The position numbers were made by a program, and so were the translations under genes. Below, in pieces: positions 20,491-30,602 of a DNA stretch of 64,000 bases; position 1 is the stretch's first letter; every line of letters begins with the position of its first letter. The DNA comes from an uncultured Dictyoglomota bacterium (lineage in GTDB: Bacteria > Dictyoglomota > Dictyoglomia > Dictyoglomales > Dictyoglomaceae). The notes under the pieces are model-generated. The model saw only the letters and a list, made by a program, of their open reading frames with translations. It made no database searches and was not told where the DNA came from. The DNA lies in assembly GCA_964654465.1 (NCBI GenBank), contig CAZZIO010000029.1, positions 1-64,000 on the forward strand, read 5' to 3'.

Positions 20491-21402
20491 ATGGTAGAGT
20501 ATCAACTCATAGTGGAAAATAAGGATGAAATTGATAGAATAGATAAGTATTTAGTTAAAAAAGTTCATCTTTCCCGTTCTCAGATTCAAATTCTTATAGA
20601 TGAAGGTTATGTAAAGGTTAATGGATTTATAGTTAAAAGCAGTTATAAGGTTAAGCCTGGAGATATTATTAATGTGATAATTCCTCCTCCTGAAAATACT
20701 GAAATTATACCTAAGGATATACCCATTCAGATAATTTACGAGGATAATGATCTTTTGGTTATAAATAAGCCACGAGGAATGGTTGTGCATCCTGCCCATG
20801 GTCATTATCAAGATACCCTTGTAAATGCTCTTTTGTATAAAGTAAAAGATCTTTCAGGAATAGGAGGAGAACTAAGACCTGGAATAGTGCATAGATTAGA
20901 TAAAGATACAACAGGACTTTTAGTGGTAGCTAAGAATGATTTTTCTCATCAGAAATTATCTGAGCAATTAAAGAATAGAACTCTAAAAAGGGTATATTGG
21001 GCTTTATGTGAGGGGGAGATTCCTTGGGATGAAAAAAGGGTAGAACTTCCAATGGCAAGGCATCCAGTTTACAGAAAGAAAATGGCTATAGTTTATAATG
21101 GTAAGATATCTATTACTAATTTTAAAGTTTTAGAAAGGTTTAAGGGATATACTTTGGTATCTGCAAGTTTAGAGACAGGAAGAACTCATCAAGTTAGATT
21201 ACATTTATCCCATTTGGGCTTTCCAATTGTAGGTGATGAGATTTATGGTAGGATTGATAAGAGATTTGGTGTGAAAGGTCAGCTTCTTCATGCAAAGGAG
21301 ATTTCTTTCATACACCCGCGAACGTATGAAAGAATGAGTTTTTCTGTCCCTTTACCATCTGACTTTGAAAGAGTCCTTAAACTCTTGAGACAAAAATATT
21401 AA
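20491..21402 (+). CDS. rluD: RluA/RluD family pseudouridine synthase
   Basis: S4 domain, NKPRGMVVHP, HRLDKDTTG, TGRTHQVR. Confidence 0.92.
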   Translation: MVEYQLIVENKDEIDRIDKYLVKKVHLSRSQIQILIDEGYVKVNGFIVKSSYKVKPGDIINVIIPPPENTEIIPKDIPIQIIYEDNDLLVINKPRGMVVHPAHGHYQDTLVNALLYKVKDLSGIGGELRPGIVHRLDKDTTGLLVVAKNDFSHQKLSEQLKNRTLKRVYWALCEGEIPWDEKRVELPMARHPVYRKKMAIVYNGKISITNFKVLERFKGYTLVSASLETGRTHQVRLHLSHLGFPIVGDEIYGRIDKRFGVKGQLLHAKEISFIHPRTYERMSFSVPLPSDFERVLKLLRQKY

Positions 21403-23115
21403 GGCTTCTTCAGGTTTGGCAAAAATGGTTTTTTCATTTTTATATATTACAAAACCTGGCTTAGCTCCTTTAGGTTTTTGCAAATATCTTCTGAAGGTAT
21501 AATCAACAGGTACATAGGTGGAATTTCTTCCTTTACTAAAGTAGGCAGCTAAAGCTCCTGCTTCATATAAAGTGCTATCTGGAACTTCCTTATCTTGAGC
21601 CTTGATTATCACATGAGCACCTGGAATTCCTCTGGCATGTAACCATATATCTTCAGGCTTTGCTAAATTAAAAGTTATATGATCATTTTGTTTATTGTTC
21701 TTACCGACATAAATTTCAAAACCATCGGAGCTTATAAATTTGTAAGGTTCCGATTTTTTGATTTTCTTTTGGCTTTTCTCTTTCTTTTCTTTTATATATC
21801 CTTCCTTTTCAAGTTCCTCTTCTATTTCCATTAGTTCTGAGAGGGAATTTGCATTTTCAATAGAAAATTCAATAGAATTTAGATAAAACAATTCTTCCTC
21901 TAATTTACTTTTATAATCTTTCAAAATAGAGATTCCTCTTTTAAGTTTTTTATATTTTTTAAAATATTTTTGGGCGTTTTCAATAGCAGATAGACTTGGA
22001 TCTAATTCTATTTCTATATATTCATTAGGATTATAGGGATTAAGAAAGGTTACTTTTTCAAGCCCCTTTCTTATTGAGCTTTGGTTAAGAATAAGAATTT
22101 CTCCTTTTATTTTAAAGATTTCCGAATCTTCGCCTTCTTTTATTTGAGAATCTAACTCTTTTATTTTTTCCTCAACCTTTTCTATATTGGTTTTTATAAT
22201 TTCCAACAATCTATTTTTTTTCTGAGTGAATAATGCTTTTTCAAAGGCATAAGAATATATATAGTCTACCAATTTATAGACCTTATCAAACTCTTTTTTC
22301 TCTAAATCTTCATACTCTTTGAGGGGAAAAAGGGAGAAAGTAATAGGTTCACCATTTATTAGATAGGCGATAGGTTTGAATTCTCTTCTTATTATTTTTT
22401 CTTTGATATTTAAAAGTCTTTCTTTTAATATATTCTTCTCTGTTAGAGTAAGTATATTTGCCATCTTATTTCCTATATCTTCTATAATTTCATTTACTAT
22501 ATGAGGATTCATATGGGATATTTCTTTTAGTATGAGATCTCTTATTGGGATGTCCTTATTTAGAAGACTCTCAAGTTTGTCTTCCGTTAATTCTGAGATA
22601 GGTATCTTTATGCTTTTAGGGGGATAAATATAGTTTGCTCCAGGTATGACTTCTCGAAATCTGTTTATCTCACTTGGAACATGTTTTATGGCATCTATTA
22701 TTATATTATTCTCATTTACCAGTATGAGATTACTATATTTTCCCATAAGTTCTAATATTACCTTTTTACTTTCTTCAGGAAAGGTTTTAATCTTAAATTC
22801 TATAATTCTTTCTTGGGGTATTAGGTAATAATCTAAGATTCTTCCCCCCTCCAAATGTTTTCTTAAAAGCATAGAAAAGGAGGGGGGTTTTGATGGGTAT
22901 GGGAAATTTTTTCTGGTTAACTGTATTCTATATAATTGGGGATGAACAGAGAGAACTAAATTATATCTTCCATTATGAGGAGAATAAATTTCCCAAAATA
23001 TGTCAGTGCTTCCTATCTGATATATTTTTTCAATGATAGAATCAATTATTATATCTTTTGTCTCCTCATAAAAAACTTCTAATGTTAGTAGATCAAAGCT
23101 TACTTTTAAATTCAT
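21352..23115 (-). CDS. rqcH: Ribosome quality control factor RqcH (FbpA/NFACT)
   Basis: FSMLLRKHLEG, ELMGKYSNLIL, NAQKYFKKYKK, GKNNKQND, WLHARGIPGAHV, KPKGAKPGFV. Confidence 0.92.
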   Translation of the reverse strand: MNLKVSFDLLTLEVFYEETKDIIIDSIIEKIYQIGSTDIFWEIYSPHNGRYNLVLSVHPQLYRIQLTRKNFPYPSKPPSFSMLLRKHLEGGRILDYYLIPQERIIEFKIKTFPEESKKVILELMGKYSNLILVNENNIIIDAIKHVPSEINRFREVIPGANYIYPPKSIKIPISELTEDKLESLLNKDIPIRDLILKEISHMNPHIVNEIIEDIGNKMANILTLTEKNILKERLLNIKEKIIRREFKPIAYLINGEPITFSLFPLKEYEDLEKKEFDKVYKLVDYIYSYAFEKALFTQKKNRLLEIIKTNIEKVEEKIKELDSQIKEGEDSEIFKIKGEILILNQSSIRKGLEKVTFLNPYNPNEYIEIELDPSLSAIENAQKYFKKYKKLKRGISILKDYKSKLEEELFYLNSIEFSIENANSLSELMEIEEELEKEGYIKEKKEKSQKKIKKSEPYKFISSDGFEIYVGKNNKQNDHITFNLAKPEDIWLHARGIPGAHVIIKAQDKEVPDSTLYEAGALAAYFSKGRNSTYVPVDYTFRRYLQKPKGAKPGFVIYKNEKTIFAKPEEALIFLSQEFKDSFKVRW

Positions 23116-23118
23116 TTT

Positions 23119-24063
23119 TTATTTAGGTGCATTAGCAAGAATCTTTTCTATTTCGTCTAAAACATCAGGAGATAAAGTAATGTCACCTGCTTTTAATGTT
23201 TCTTTAAGTTGTTCAGGTCTTGTGGCACCTACTATAGCGGAAGTTATTTCAGGTCTTCTTAATATCCAAGCTAAAGCAAGCTGGGACATAGTTATTCCTA
23301 TTTCTTGGGCTAATTTTGTTAATTTTCTAACTTTTTCTATATTTTCTTCATTTAGTTCATTCTTAAGCCAATCGCTCCATTCTGCTCTGCTTCCTGCAGG
23401 GATTCCATTATTATATTTTCCAGTTAATATTCCTTGGGCAAGAGGAGAAAATACTGTAATACCTATTCCATGTTTTGCACATGTGGGTATGATTTCTGGC
23501 TCTATATGTCTATCCAGCATATTGTAGCGAGGTTGTTCTACTTGAGGTAAGTAAGCATTGTATTTAATGGCAGTACCTACTGCACTTTCAATTTGGGCAG
23601 CTGTCCATACACTGGTTCCCCAATATAATATTTTACCTTGATGAACAAGATCATCCATAGCTCTTACAACTTCATCGATGGGAGTTTCAGGGTCAAATCG
23701 GTGACAGAAATATAGGTCTAAATAGTCTACTCCAAGTCTTTTTAGAGATCCATCTATAGATTCCATAATGTGCTTTCTTGATAGTCCCCGATCATTAATA
23801 TTATCACTCATAGGCCAGTATACTTTACTGGAGATAACAAGATCTTGTCTTCTAAAGTCCTTTAATATTTTACCGACTACCCTTTCTGCTTCTCCTTTTG
23901 CGTATACATCTGCAAGATCTATAAAATTTACACCATTATCTATTGCTGTAAATATACATTCCCTTGTACGGTCATAATCTACCTTCTCTCCAAAGGTAAG
24001 CCATGCTCCAAGTCCAATTACGCTTAACTTTATTCCTGCTCTACCTAATTTTCTATATTGCAT
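23119..24063 (-). CDS. Aldo/keto reductase (Kv-beta-like)
   Basis: GLGAWLTFG, DLADVY, SSKVYW, GLSRKHI, FCHRFD, SPLAQGILTGKY. Confidence 0.93.
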   Translation of the reverse strand: MQYRKLGRAGIKLSVIGLGAWLTFGEKVDYDRTRECIFTAIDNGVNFIDLADVYAKGEAERVVGKILKDFRRQDLVISSKVYWPMSDNINDRGLSRKHIMESIDGSLKRLGVDYLDLYFCHRFDPETPIDEVVRAMDDLVHQGKILYWGTSVWTAAQIESAVGTAIKYNAYLPQVEQPRYNMLDRHIEPEIIPTCAKHGIGITVFSPLAQGILTGKYNNGIPAGSRAEWSDWLKNELNEENIEKVRKLTKLAQEIGITMSQLALAWILRRPEITSAIVGATRPEQLKETLKAGDITLSPDVLDEIEKILANAPK

Positions 24064-24078
24064 TTTGGAAACCTCCTT

Positions 24079-24375
24079 TTATAAATTTTTTATTTCTAAA
24101 ATTTCTCCATTTTCGGTTTCTTTTGAAAGTATACTCCAGTTTGGTGAAAACTCAATATGTAGTCTCATTAAGTTGGGACATTTTGTTCCTAATACATCTT
24201 TGTATAGATCATATTTTATAATCTGATCCGTTTCCCCAAATTCAGGATTTGCTTCTTCCTTAGGTCTTATTCTTACATCTATGATTTCTCCACATCTTTT
24301 ACATTTTACTGATACAATGAAACTTTGAGATAGAGTGGTTGTGGAAGAGAAAAGTTTTTTAAGCCAATTAAACAT
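24079..24375 (-). CDS. Hypothetical protein with CxxC
   Basis: RBS GGAGGT upstream; amphipathic MFNWLKKLF, VKCKRCGE; first gene of the hyp-AKR-rqcH string. Confidence 0.75.
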   Translation of the reverse strand: MFNWLKKLFSSTTTLSQSFIVSVKCKRCGEIIDVRIRPKEEANPEFGETDQIIKYDLYKDVLGTKCPNLMRLHIEFSPNWSILSKETENGEILEIKNL

Positions 24376-24441
24376 TTCTCAAAGACCTCCATTTTTATTC
24401 AGATTTTTCATATTTCTATTTTAACATTAACAAAGATATTA

Positions 24442-24502
24442 TTGACAAATTAAACAGATTGTTGTTAAATTATAGTAGAATTATTTTCAATGAGGAACTA
24501 AT
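24442..24502 (+). promoter_or_regulatory. Promoter and ROK-type operator of the ROK-ABC operon
   Basis: TTGACA-N18-TAAATT with extended TG, then ATTATTT-N9-AACTAAT (24480-24502). Confidence 0.65.
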
Positions 24503-24521
24503 AGAAAGGAAATTAGTATTT

Positions 24522-25712
24522 ATGGTATTTATAAGAACAGGGAGAGGCAGTAGAGCGAATCAGCAAAGGGAAGTTAATAAAACTATAGTTTTAAATGCTT
24601 TTTTGAGATGTAGAAATATCTCTCGTACAGAACTTGCCAGAAGGTTTAGTCTTAGTAAAAGTACAATTACAAGGCTTATAAACAGTCTTATTTCTGAAGG
24701 AATGATTGTAGAGATTCAACCTTATGTAACCAAGAGGATTGGTAGAAGGGCTATAATGTTAGGGTTAAATCCTGATTATCGGAATGTTATAGCTATAAAA
24801 GTAGGTGTTACTCATTCTACCATTGCAAGGGTTGATTTCTCTATGAAAATAAGGTCTGTAAAAAGTTTTGTAACGCCCAAAAATCCTAATGAGTTTATAG
24901 ATAAAGTAGTTCAATATACAAAGGAGCTGTTCCCTGATGGTCTTGGTAAGACTCACGCTATGGGTATAGGAATTCCTGGAATAGTGGATAATACTTTTAA
25001 GAATGTAGTAGTAGCTCCCAATATTAATTGGAGGAATTTACCCCTTGGAGATATGATAACAGAAAGATTCAGAAGGGAATTTTCTGTTGATATTCCTGTG
25101 AAAATGGATAATGAGGCAAATATGGCAGTGGTTGCAGAAGGAATGTTGGGGGAAAGAATAGAATTATCTGATGCAAATATTGTGTACATATTTATAGGAG
25201 AAGGTGTGGGAACAGGACTAATATTAGAGGGGAAACTCTATCGTGGGAAGGCAAATACAGCAGGTGAATTTGGGCATATGACAGTAAGTAGAGATGGAAT
25301 AAAGTGTAAATGCGGAAATTTGGGATGTTGGGAAAGATATGCATCTTTGGGAAGTGATAATGCGAAAAAGGCTGGATTTGATCTTGAAAAAGAATTTGCA
25401 GAGATTCAAGATGAGAAAGTTTTAGATTCTTATATTGAGGATATAAGTATTGGAATAATAAATATAATAAATGGTCTTAATCCTGATGTAATTATCCTTG
25501 GTGGTCCACTTATAAAGAACGATACAAAGGAGATTTGGGAAAATATAAGACAGAAACTGGTTGATATAGTAAGGCGGAAAAGTATAACTGAAGATGCTGG
25601 CAAAGTTAAGATAGAGCTTACTTCTTTCCTGGAATATCCTGCAGAGCTTATTGGAGCAGGTATTTGGGCTTTCTGGGATATATTTGAAGGGCCAGTACTT
25701 TCAACTATGTAA
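24522..25712 (+). CDS. ROK family transcriptional repressor
   Basis: N-terminal HTH (ISRTELARRFSLSKSTITR), NEAN, GVGTG, AGEFGH, CKCGNLGCWE; start moved to ATG 24522, downstream of the promoter. Confidence 0.93.
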   Translation: MVFIRTGRGSRANQQREVNKTIVLNAFLRCRNISRTELARRFSLSKSTITRLINSLISEGMIVEIQPYVTKRIGRRAIMLGLNPDYRNVIAIKVGVTHSTIARVDFSMKIRSVKSFVTPKNPNEFIDKVVQYTKELFPDGLGKTHAMGIGIPGIVDNTFKNVVVAPNINWRNLPLGDMITERFRREFSVDIPVKMDNEANMAVVAEGMLGERIELSDANIVYIFIGEGVGTGLILEGKLYRGKANTAGEFGHMTVSRDGIKCKCGNLGCWERYASLGSDNAKKAGFDLEKEFAEIQDEKVLDSYIEDISIGIINIINGLNPDVIILGGPLIKNDTKEIWENIRQKLVDIVRRKSITEDAGKVKIELTSFLEYPAELIGAGIWAFWDIFEGPVLSTM

Positions 25713-25807
25713 GATAATGTATATTTAAACCCCACAAAAAAGGAGGTGTCTATCCTAATATCCTTTATCCTTAGATTCTAAAATTCTATTTGGGGGGAGG
25801 TTTTATT

Positions 25808-27052
25808 ATGTATCGTAAAATTTTAAGTCTTTTGTTAATCTTTTTAGTACTATTGACTTTTACATCCATTGCTCAATCAAAAGGTAAATTAGAAATTTTT
25901 AGTTGGTGGACTGCAGGAGGAGAGGCTGAGGGACTTCAGGCTTTGATTGAAATTTTCCAGAAAAAATATCCTGGTGTAGAAGTTATTAATGCTACAGTGG
26001 CAGGAGGAGCTGGTGCAAATGCAAAGGCAGTTCTTAAGACAAGAATGTTGGGTGGAGATCCACCAGACACATTCCAAGTTCATGCAGGTCATGAGTTAAT
26101 AGATACATGGGTAAAAACAGGGTTTATGGAGCCTATAACTTTCCTCTATAAGCAAGAAGGTTGGGAGAAAGTAATGCCAAAAGGTATACTTGACATTGTG
26201 TCTTATAATGGACAGTACTGGTCTGTACCAGTAAATATTCATAGAGCTAATGTATTATGGTATAACAAAAAGATTTTTGCAGAGAACAATTTAACTCCAC
26301 CTAAGACTTTTGACGAGTTCTTTAAGGTAGCTGAAGTATTGAAAGCTAAAGGAATTACACCTTTTGCTCTTGGAACAAAAGATGGATGGGAAGCTGCTCA
26401 TGTATTTGAGACTGTATTGATTGGAAAACTTGGTGCTGAGGGATATAAGGGATTATGGAATGGAAAAACAAAGTGGTCCGATCCTAAGGTGACTGATGCT
26501 TTAGAAACCTTTAAGAAAATGTTAAGTTATGTAAATTCTGATCACTCAGCAAGGACATGGGATGAAGCTTGTGCATTAATTGTAGATGGTTCTGCAGCTA
26601 TGACTATCATGGGAGACTGGGCTGTCGGTTATTTCTATGCTAAGGGATTTGAAGATTTTGGATGGGTTCTTGCTCCTGGTAATGCTGGAGTTTTTGATGC
26701 TTTATCTGATAGTTTTGGACTTCCAAAAGGAGCTAAAAATAGAAATAATGTTATAGCCTTCTTGAAAGTTCTTGGATCAAAGGAAGGACAAGAAGCTTTT
26801 AATCTTAAGAAAGGATCAATTCCAGCAAGGACAGATGTTGATAAATCTAAATTCCCAGCTTATCAGAGATCTTGTATGGATGATTGGTTAAAGCATAAGA
26901 TAGTTCCAAGCGTAATGCATGGTGCAGCCGCTTCTGAAGGATGGGTAACAGAATTTAAGGATGTGATTTCCCTCTTTGTGGTAAGACCAGATGTAAAGAC
27001 TACCCAGAGAGCCCTTGTTAATGTGGCTATTAAAAATGGAGTAAAACAATAA
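25808..27052 (+). CDS. Sugar ABC transporter solute-binding protein (glucose/mannose, GtsA/Thermus GBP-like)
   Basis: Signal peptide; LEIFSWW, VINATVAGGAG, GGDPPDTFQVHAG, PVNIHRAN, MGDW, KGSIPARTD; ATG 25808 follows GGGGGAGG. Confidence 0.9.
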   Translation: MYRKILSLLLIFLVLLTFTSIAQSKGKLEIFSWWTAGGEAEGLQALIEIFQKKYPGVEVINATVAGGAGANAKAVLKTRMLGGDPPDTFQVHAGHELIDTWVKTGFMEPITFLYKQEGWEKVMPKGILDIVSYNGQYWSVPVNIHRANVLWYNKKIFAENNLTPPKTFDEFFKVAEVLKAKGITPFALGTKDGWEAAHVFETVLIGKLGAEGYKGLWNGKTKWSDPKVTDALETFKKMLSYVNSDHSARTWDEACALIVDGSAAMTIMGDWAVGYFYAKGFEDFGWVLAPGNAGVFDALSDSFGLPKGAKNRNNVIAFLKVLGSKEGQEAFNLKKGSIPARTDVDKSKFPAYQRSCMDDWLKHKIVPSVMHGAAASEGWVTEFKDVISLFVVRPDVKTTQRALVNVAIKNGVKQ

Positions 27053-27063
27053 GAGAATTTTTA

Positions 27064-27089
27064 AGGGGGGAGGGTTTTACTCTCCCCCT
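27064..27089 (+). terminator. Stem-loop between the binding protein and permease genes
   Basis: GGGGGAGGGT-TTT-ACTCTCCCCC with no U-tract; typical stabiliser or leaky terminator. Confidence 0.65.
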
Positions 27090-27103
27090 GATAACTTTTA
27101 AGG

Positions 27104-28003
27104 GTGGTGAAGATATTGCAAAAGGATAAATTGTATTCTTTTCTTTTTATTCTTCCATCAATCATATTGATAGCTATTTTTGTGTATTTTTTTATTTTTT
27201 GGACTGGATTTATTTCTCTTACTGATTGGAATGATATATTTCCAAGTTTTAGTATCGTTGGATTAAAAAATTACATAGAACTTTTTCAGAATCTTCGCTT
27301 TCAAATATCTATGAAAAATACATTAGTTTTTACAGCTCTATTTCTTATATCATCTTTAATTTTAGGTTTTCTTCTTGCCATCCTTTTAGATCAAAAGATA
27401 AAAGGAGAAAACATATTTAGAAATATTTATCTGTTCCCTATGGCTATATCTTTTGTAGTAACAGGTGTTATATGGAGATGGATATTAAATCCTGGTACTA
27501 TAAATAATCCTATTGGGCTAAACCAAATCTTGGATAAAATTGGGCTTTCTTTCTTGAAAAGTGGCTGGTACACAGATCCAAAAATAGGAATAAAAGCTGT
27601 AGTTATAGCTGCAGTATGGCAAATGTCAGGATATGTAATGGCTATGTATTTAGCTGGAATAAGAGGAATTCCAAATGAATTATTTGAGGCAGCTCAGGTA
27701 GATGGAGCTAATATGTGGCAAGTTTATCGATATATTGTTTTACCTCTCTTAAGGCCAATAACCTTGGGTGCCATAATAGTTTTAGGCCATATATCTTTAA
27801 AAATTTTTGATCTGGTTGTTGCAATGACAGGTTCTGGAGCAGGTTTTTCTTGTGATGTTCCTGCCTTATTCATGTATGATACTACCTTTAGAGGGAATCA
27901 TTTTGCACAAGGAGCAAGTATAGCAATAATTCTTCTTTTAATGGTGGGGGTTTTAATTATTCCTTATCTAAAATATAGCCTCAAATCGGAGGTTAAGAGA
28001 TAA
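27104..28003 (+). CDS. Sugar ABC transporter permease
   Basis: Multiple TM helices; EAA loop ELFEAAQVDGA. Confidence 0.95.
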   Translation: MVKILQKDKLYSFLFILPSIILIAIFVYFFIFWTGFISLTDWNDIFPSFSIVGLKNYIELFQNLRFQISMKNTLVFTALFLISSLILGFLLAILLDQKIKGENIFRNIYLFPMAISFVVTGVIWRWILNPGTINNPIGLNQILDKIGLSFLKSGWYTDPKIGIKAVVIAAVWQMSGYVMAMYLAGIRGIPNELFEAAQVDGANMWQVYRYIVLPLLRPITLGAIIVLGHISLKIFDLVVAMTGSGAGFSCDVPALFMYDTTFRGNHFAQGASIAIILLLMVGVLIIPYLKYSLKSEVKR

Positions 28004-28845
28004 TGAGATTAGGAAGATTATTAATATATTTTTTCCTGATACTTTTTGCAATCTTTTACTTGACACCCGTATATGTGCTTGTGGTTACAAGTCTAAAAAG
28101 TTTTGCAGAAGTTGATCTTAAGACCATGTGGAGACTTCCCAAAACTATTAGTTTTGAAAGTTTTATACAGGCATGGAAAGGAGATCCAAAGAGAGGACTT
28201 AGGGGGCTTTCTCAGAATTTTATGAATAGTGTGTATTTGGTTATTCCTGCTACTATTCTTTCTGCCTTCTTGGGTTCTATGAATGGTTATGTACTTACAA
28301 AATGGAGATTTAAAGGAGCAGATATACTTTTTCCTATGCTTTTATTTGGTATGTTCATACCTTATCAAAGTATTCTTATACCTTTAGTGCAGGTATTACA
28401 GAAGATAAAACTTTATAGTACTATTTCAGGTCTTATATTTGTGCATATAGTATATGGTATTCCAATAACTACCCTTATTTTTAGAAATTATTACTCTACT
28501 ATTCCTTCAGAACTGATAGAAGCTGCTAAAATAGACGGGGCAGATTTTGTTGGTATTTATAGGAGAATTGTTCTTCCAGTGTCTATGCCTGCATTTGCTG
28601 TGGTTATGATATGGCAATTTACTTCTATATGGAATGATTTCTTATTTGGACTTGTAGTTGCCCCTAATCCTTCTGTTCAGCCTATTACAGTAGCTTTGAA
28701 TAATCTTGCAGGAAGTTATTTTGTACAATGGAATATTCAGATGGCAGGTGCTTTAATAACAGCTTTGCCTCCTCTTTTAGTATATATATTTCTTGGTAGA
28801 TATTTTATGCGAGGCTTGCTATCAGGTTCTTTGTCAGGTATTTAA
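28003..28845 (+). CDS. Sugar ABC transporter permease
   Basis: EAA loop ELIEAAKIDGA, WNDFLF. Confidence 0.95.
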   Translation: MRLGRLLIYFFLILFAIFYLTPVYVLVVTSLKSFAEVDLKTMWRLPKTISFESFIQAWKGDPKRGLRGLSQNFMNSVYLVIPATILSAFLGSMNGYVLTKWRFKGADILFPMLLFGMFIPYQSILIPLVQVLQKIKLYSTISGLIFVHIVYGIPITTLIFRNYYSTIPSELIEAAKIDGADFVGIYRRIVLPVSMPAFAVVMIWQFTSIWNDFLFGLVVAPNPSVQPITVALNNLAGSYFVQWNIQMAGALITALPPLLVYIFLGRYFMRGLLSGSLSGI

Positions 28846-28849
28846 TAAG

Positions 28850-28887
28850 AAAGGGGAGCCTTTTAATATAAAAGCTCCCCCCTTTTT
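28850..28887. terminator. Bidirectional terminator between the ABC operon and glgP
   Basis: AAAGGGGAGC...GCTCCCCCTTTTT. Confidence 0.85.
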
Positions 28888-28889
28888 AT

Positions 28890-30602
28890 TTATCTATTTT
28901 TAAAATATGCTTCTGTAATATATCTCTTCATCATCCTATGCGTATTGAAGTATGAGGCTAAATTAGAGATAGAGTTTTTCATGATTTTAATCCAATCATC
29001 GCAATGATGATAATAGGTTGGTAAAATTATATATTCAAGCTTATTATATAAATCATCAATTTCTTCTTGAACATGATTTTCTAAGCTTTTTTCCTCCAAT
29101 GGTGAGGGACCAATGGACCAACCAGTATATCCTTCTACATGGCCTTCTATCCACCAACCATCTAGTACACTAAAGTTAATTACACCATTATGAGCGGCCT
29201 TCATGCCACTGGTACCAGAAGCTTCTAATGGTCTTTGGGGGGTGTTTAACCATACATCTACACCTGCTACAATCTTTTTAGCCATATCCATATTATAATC
29301 TTGTAAATATACAATTTTGATATCTTTTTCTAATTCTTTGATGTATTCATATATTTCTTTAATTAGTTTTTTACCTTCTATGTCTTTGGGATGAGCTTTA
29401 CCAGCATAAACAATCTGAATAGGTCCTTTTCTTTTTACCTTTTTAAGTCTATTAATGTCAGAAAATAAAAGGTGGGGTCTTTTATATGCTGTAGCTCTTC
29501 TTGCAAAACCTATTGTTAACACATTTTCTTCAAATTTTACTCCTGTTTGGGCATATATATAATCTATAAGATCCCTTTTAGCTCGTTTATGGGCAAGCCA
29601 AATTTCCTCGCTTGGAATAAATTGGGCTCTTGTAAGAAGTTCGGGTTCAGTTGCCCATCCTGGAATATATTTGTCAAAAAGTTCTCGAAATGGGGTAGAA
29701 GTCCAAGTAAAGGAATGAACTCCATTAGTTATGGCATATATTCTATGGCCAGGGAACATGGAAAGAGATATTTCTTGATGCCTTTTTGCAACACCATTTA
29801 TATATCCGGAAAGATTTAAAGCAAGAAGAGTCATATTAAGAACATTTTCTCCTGCGAATTTTTTAATTAAATCTATAGAGATATAATTTCCCAAAATTCT
29901 TGAAACAAGGTCGTATGTAAATTTATCATGTCCAGCCTCTACAGGAGTATGGGTTGTAAAAATACATTTCTCCTTGACATTCTCTACTACTTCTTCTAAG
30001 GATTTACCATTATTTAATTCATCTTTTAAAAGTTCTAAGGTGAGAAGAGCAGAATGTCCTTCATTTAAATGATATTTTCTAATTCTAAGTCCTAACTCTT
30101 TTAATACTTTTGCTCCTCCTATTCCCAATACTATTTCTTGCTTTAGACGGTAGGATAGATCGCCACCATATAGGATATCAGTAATAGTTTTATCTTCTTC
30201 AGAATTTTCTGGTAGATTGGTATCTAAGAATATGACAGGTACAACATGTCCGTGAATAGACTTCCAATAGTATACCCAAGGTTGAATATATACTTTTCTA
30301 CCTTCAATTTCAACAAAGGTTTTAATTGGAAGAGGAGACATATATTTTTCTGGATCCCAGGTAGCTGGTTGTTCTATTTGAGTACCATCTTCTTTTATTA
30401 CTTGTTTAAAATATCCTTTTCTACTTATCTGAGTAATTCCAATAAATGGAATGTTTAAATCAGCAGCTGTTCTTACTGTATCACCTGCTAGAACACCTAA
30501 GCCTCCACTATATGTTGGTATATCAGAAGTTAAAGCTATTTCCATAGAGAAGTAGGCAATAACCTCTTCTTTTTTTAAACGGTCAAATATGGCTGTATTC
30601 AA
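28890..30602 (-). CDS. glgP: Alpha-glucan phosphorylase, short form
   Basis: YFSME, YSGGLGVLAGD, HLNEGH, FTTHTP, ARRATAYKR, EASGTSGMKA; TTG start 8 nt after GGAGGT. Confidence 0.95.
   Translation of the reverse strand: MNTAIFDRLKKEEVIAYFSMEIALTSDIPTYSGGLGVLAGDTVRTAADLNIPFIGITQISRKGYFKQVIKEDGTQIEQPATWDPEKYMSPLPIKTFVEIEGRKVYIQPWVYYWKSIHGHVVPVIFLDTNLPENSEEDKTITDILYGGDLSYRLKQEIVLGIGGAKVLKELGLRIRKYHLNEGHSALLTLELLKDELNNGKSLEEVVENVKEKCIFTTHTPVEAGHDKFTYDLVSRILGNYISIDLIKKFAGENVLNMTLLALNLSGYINGVAKRHQEISLSMFPGHRIYAITNGVHSFTWTSTPFRELFDKYIPGWATEPELLTRAQFIPSEEIWLAHKRAKRDLIDYIYAQTGVKFEENVLTIGFARRATAYKRPHLLFSDINRLKKVKRKGPIQIVYAGKAHPKDIEGKKLIKEIYEYIKELEKDIKIVYLQDYNMDMAKKIVAGVDVWLNTPQRPLEASGTSGMKAAHNGVINFSVLDGWWIEGHVEGYTGWSIGPSPLEEKSLENHVQEEIDDLYNKLEYIILPTYYHHCDDWIKIMKNSISNLASYFNTHRMMKRYITEAYFKNR

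Noticed and set aside
22800-22815. RqcH has ER in place of the DR motif
   Set aside because: Conservative change that I believe is common among homologues
25751-25760. TATCCTAATA shared with 31651-31660, upstream of two sugar genes
   Set aside because: A non-palindromic AT-rich 10-mer in different contexts; plausible by chance
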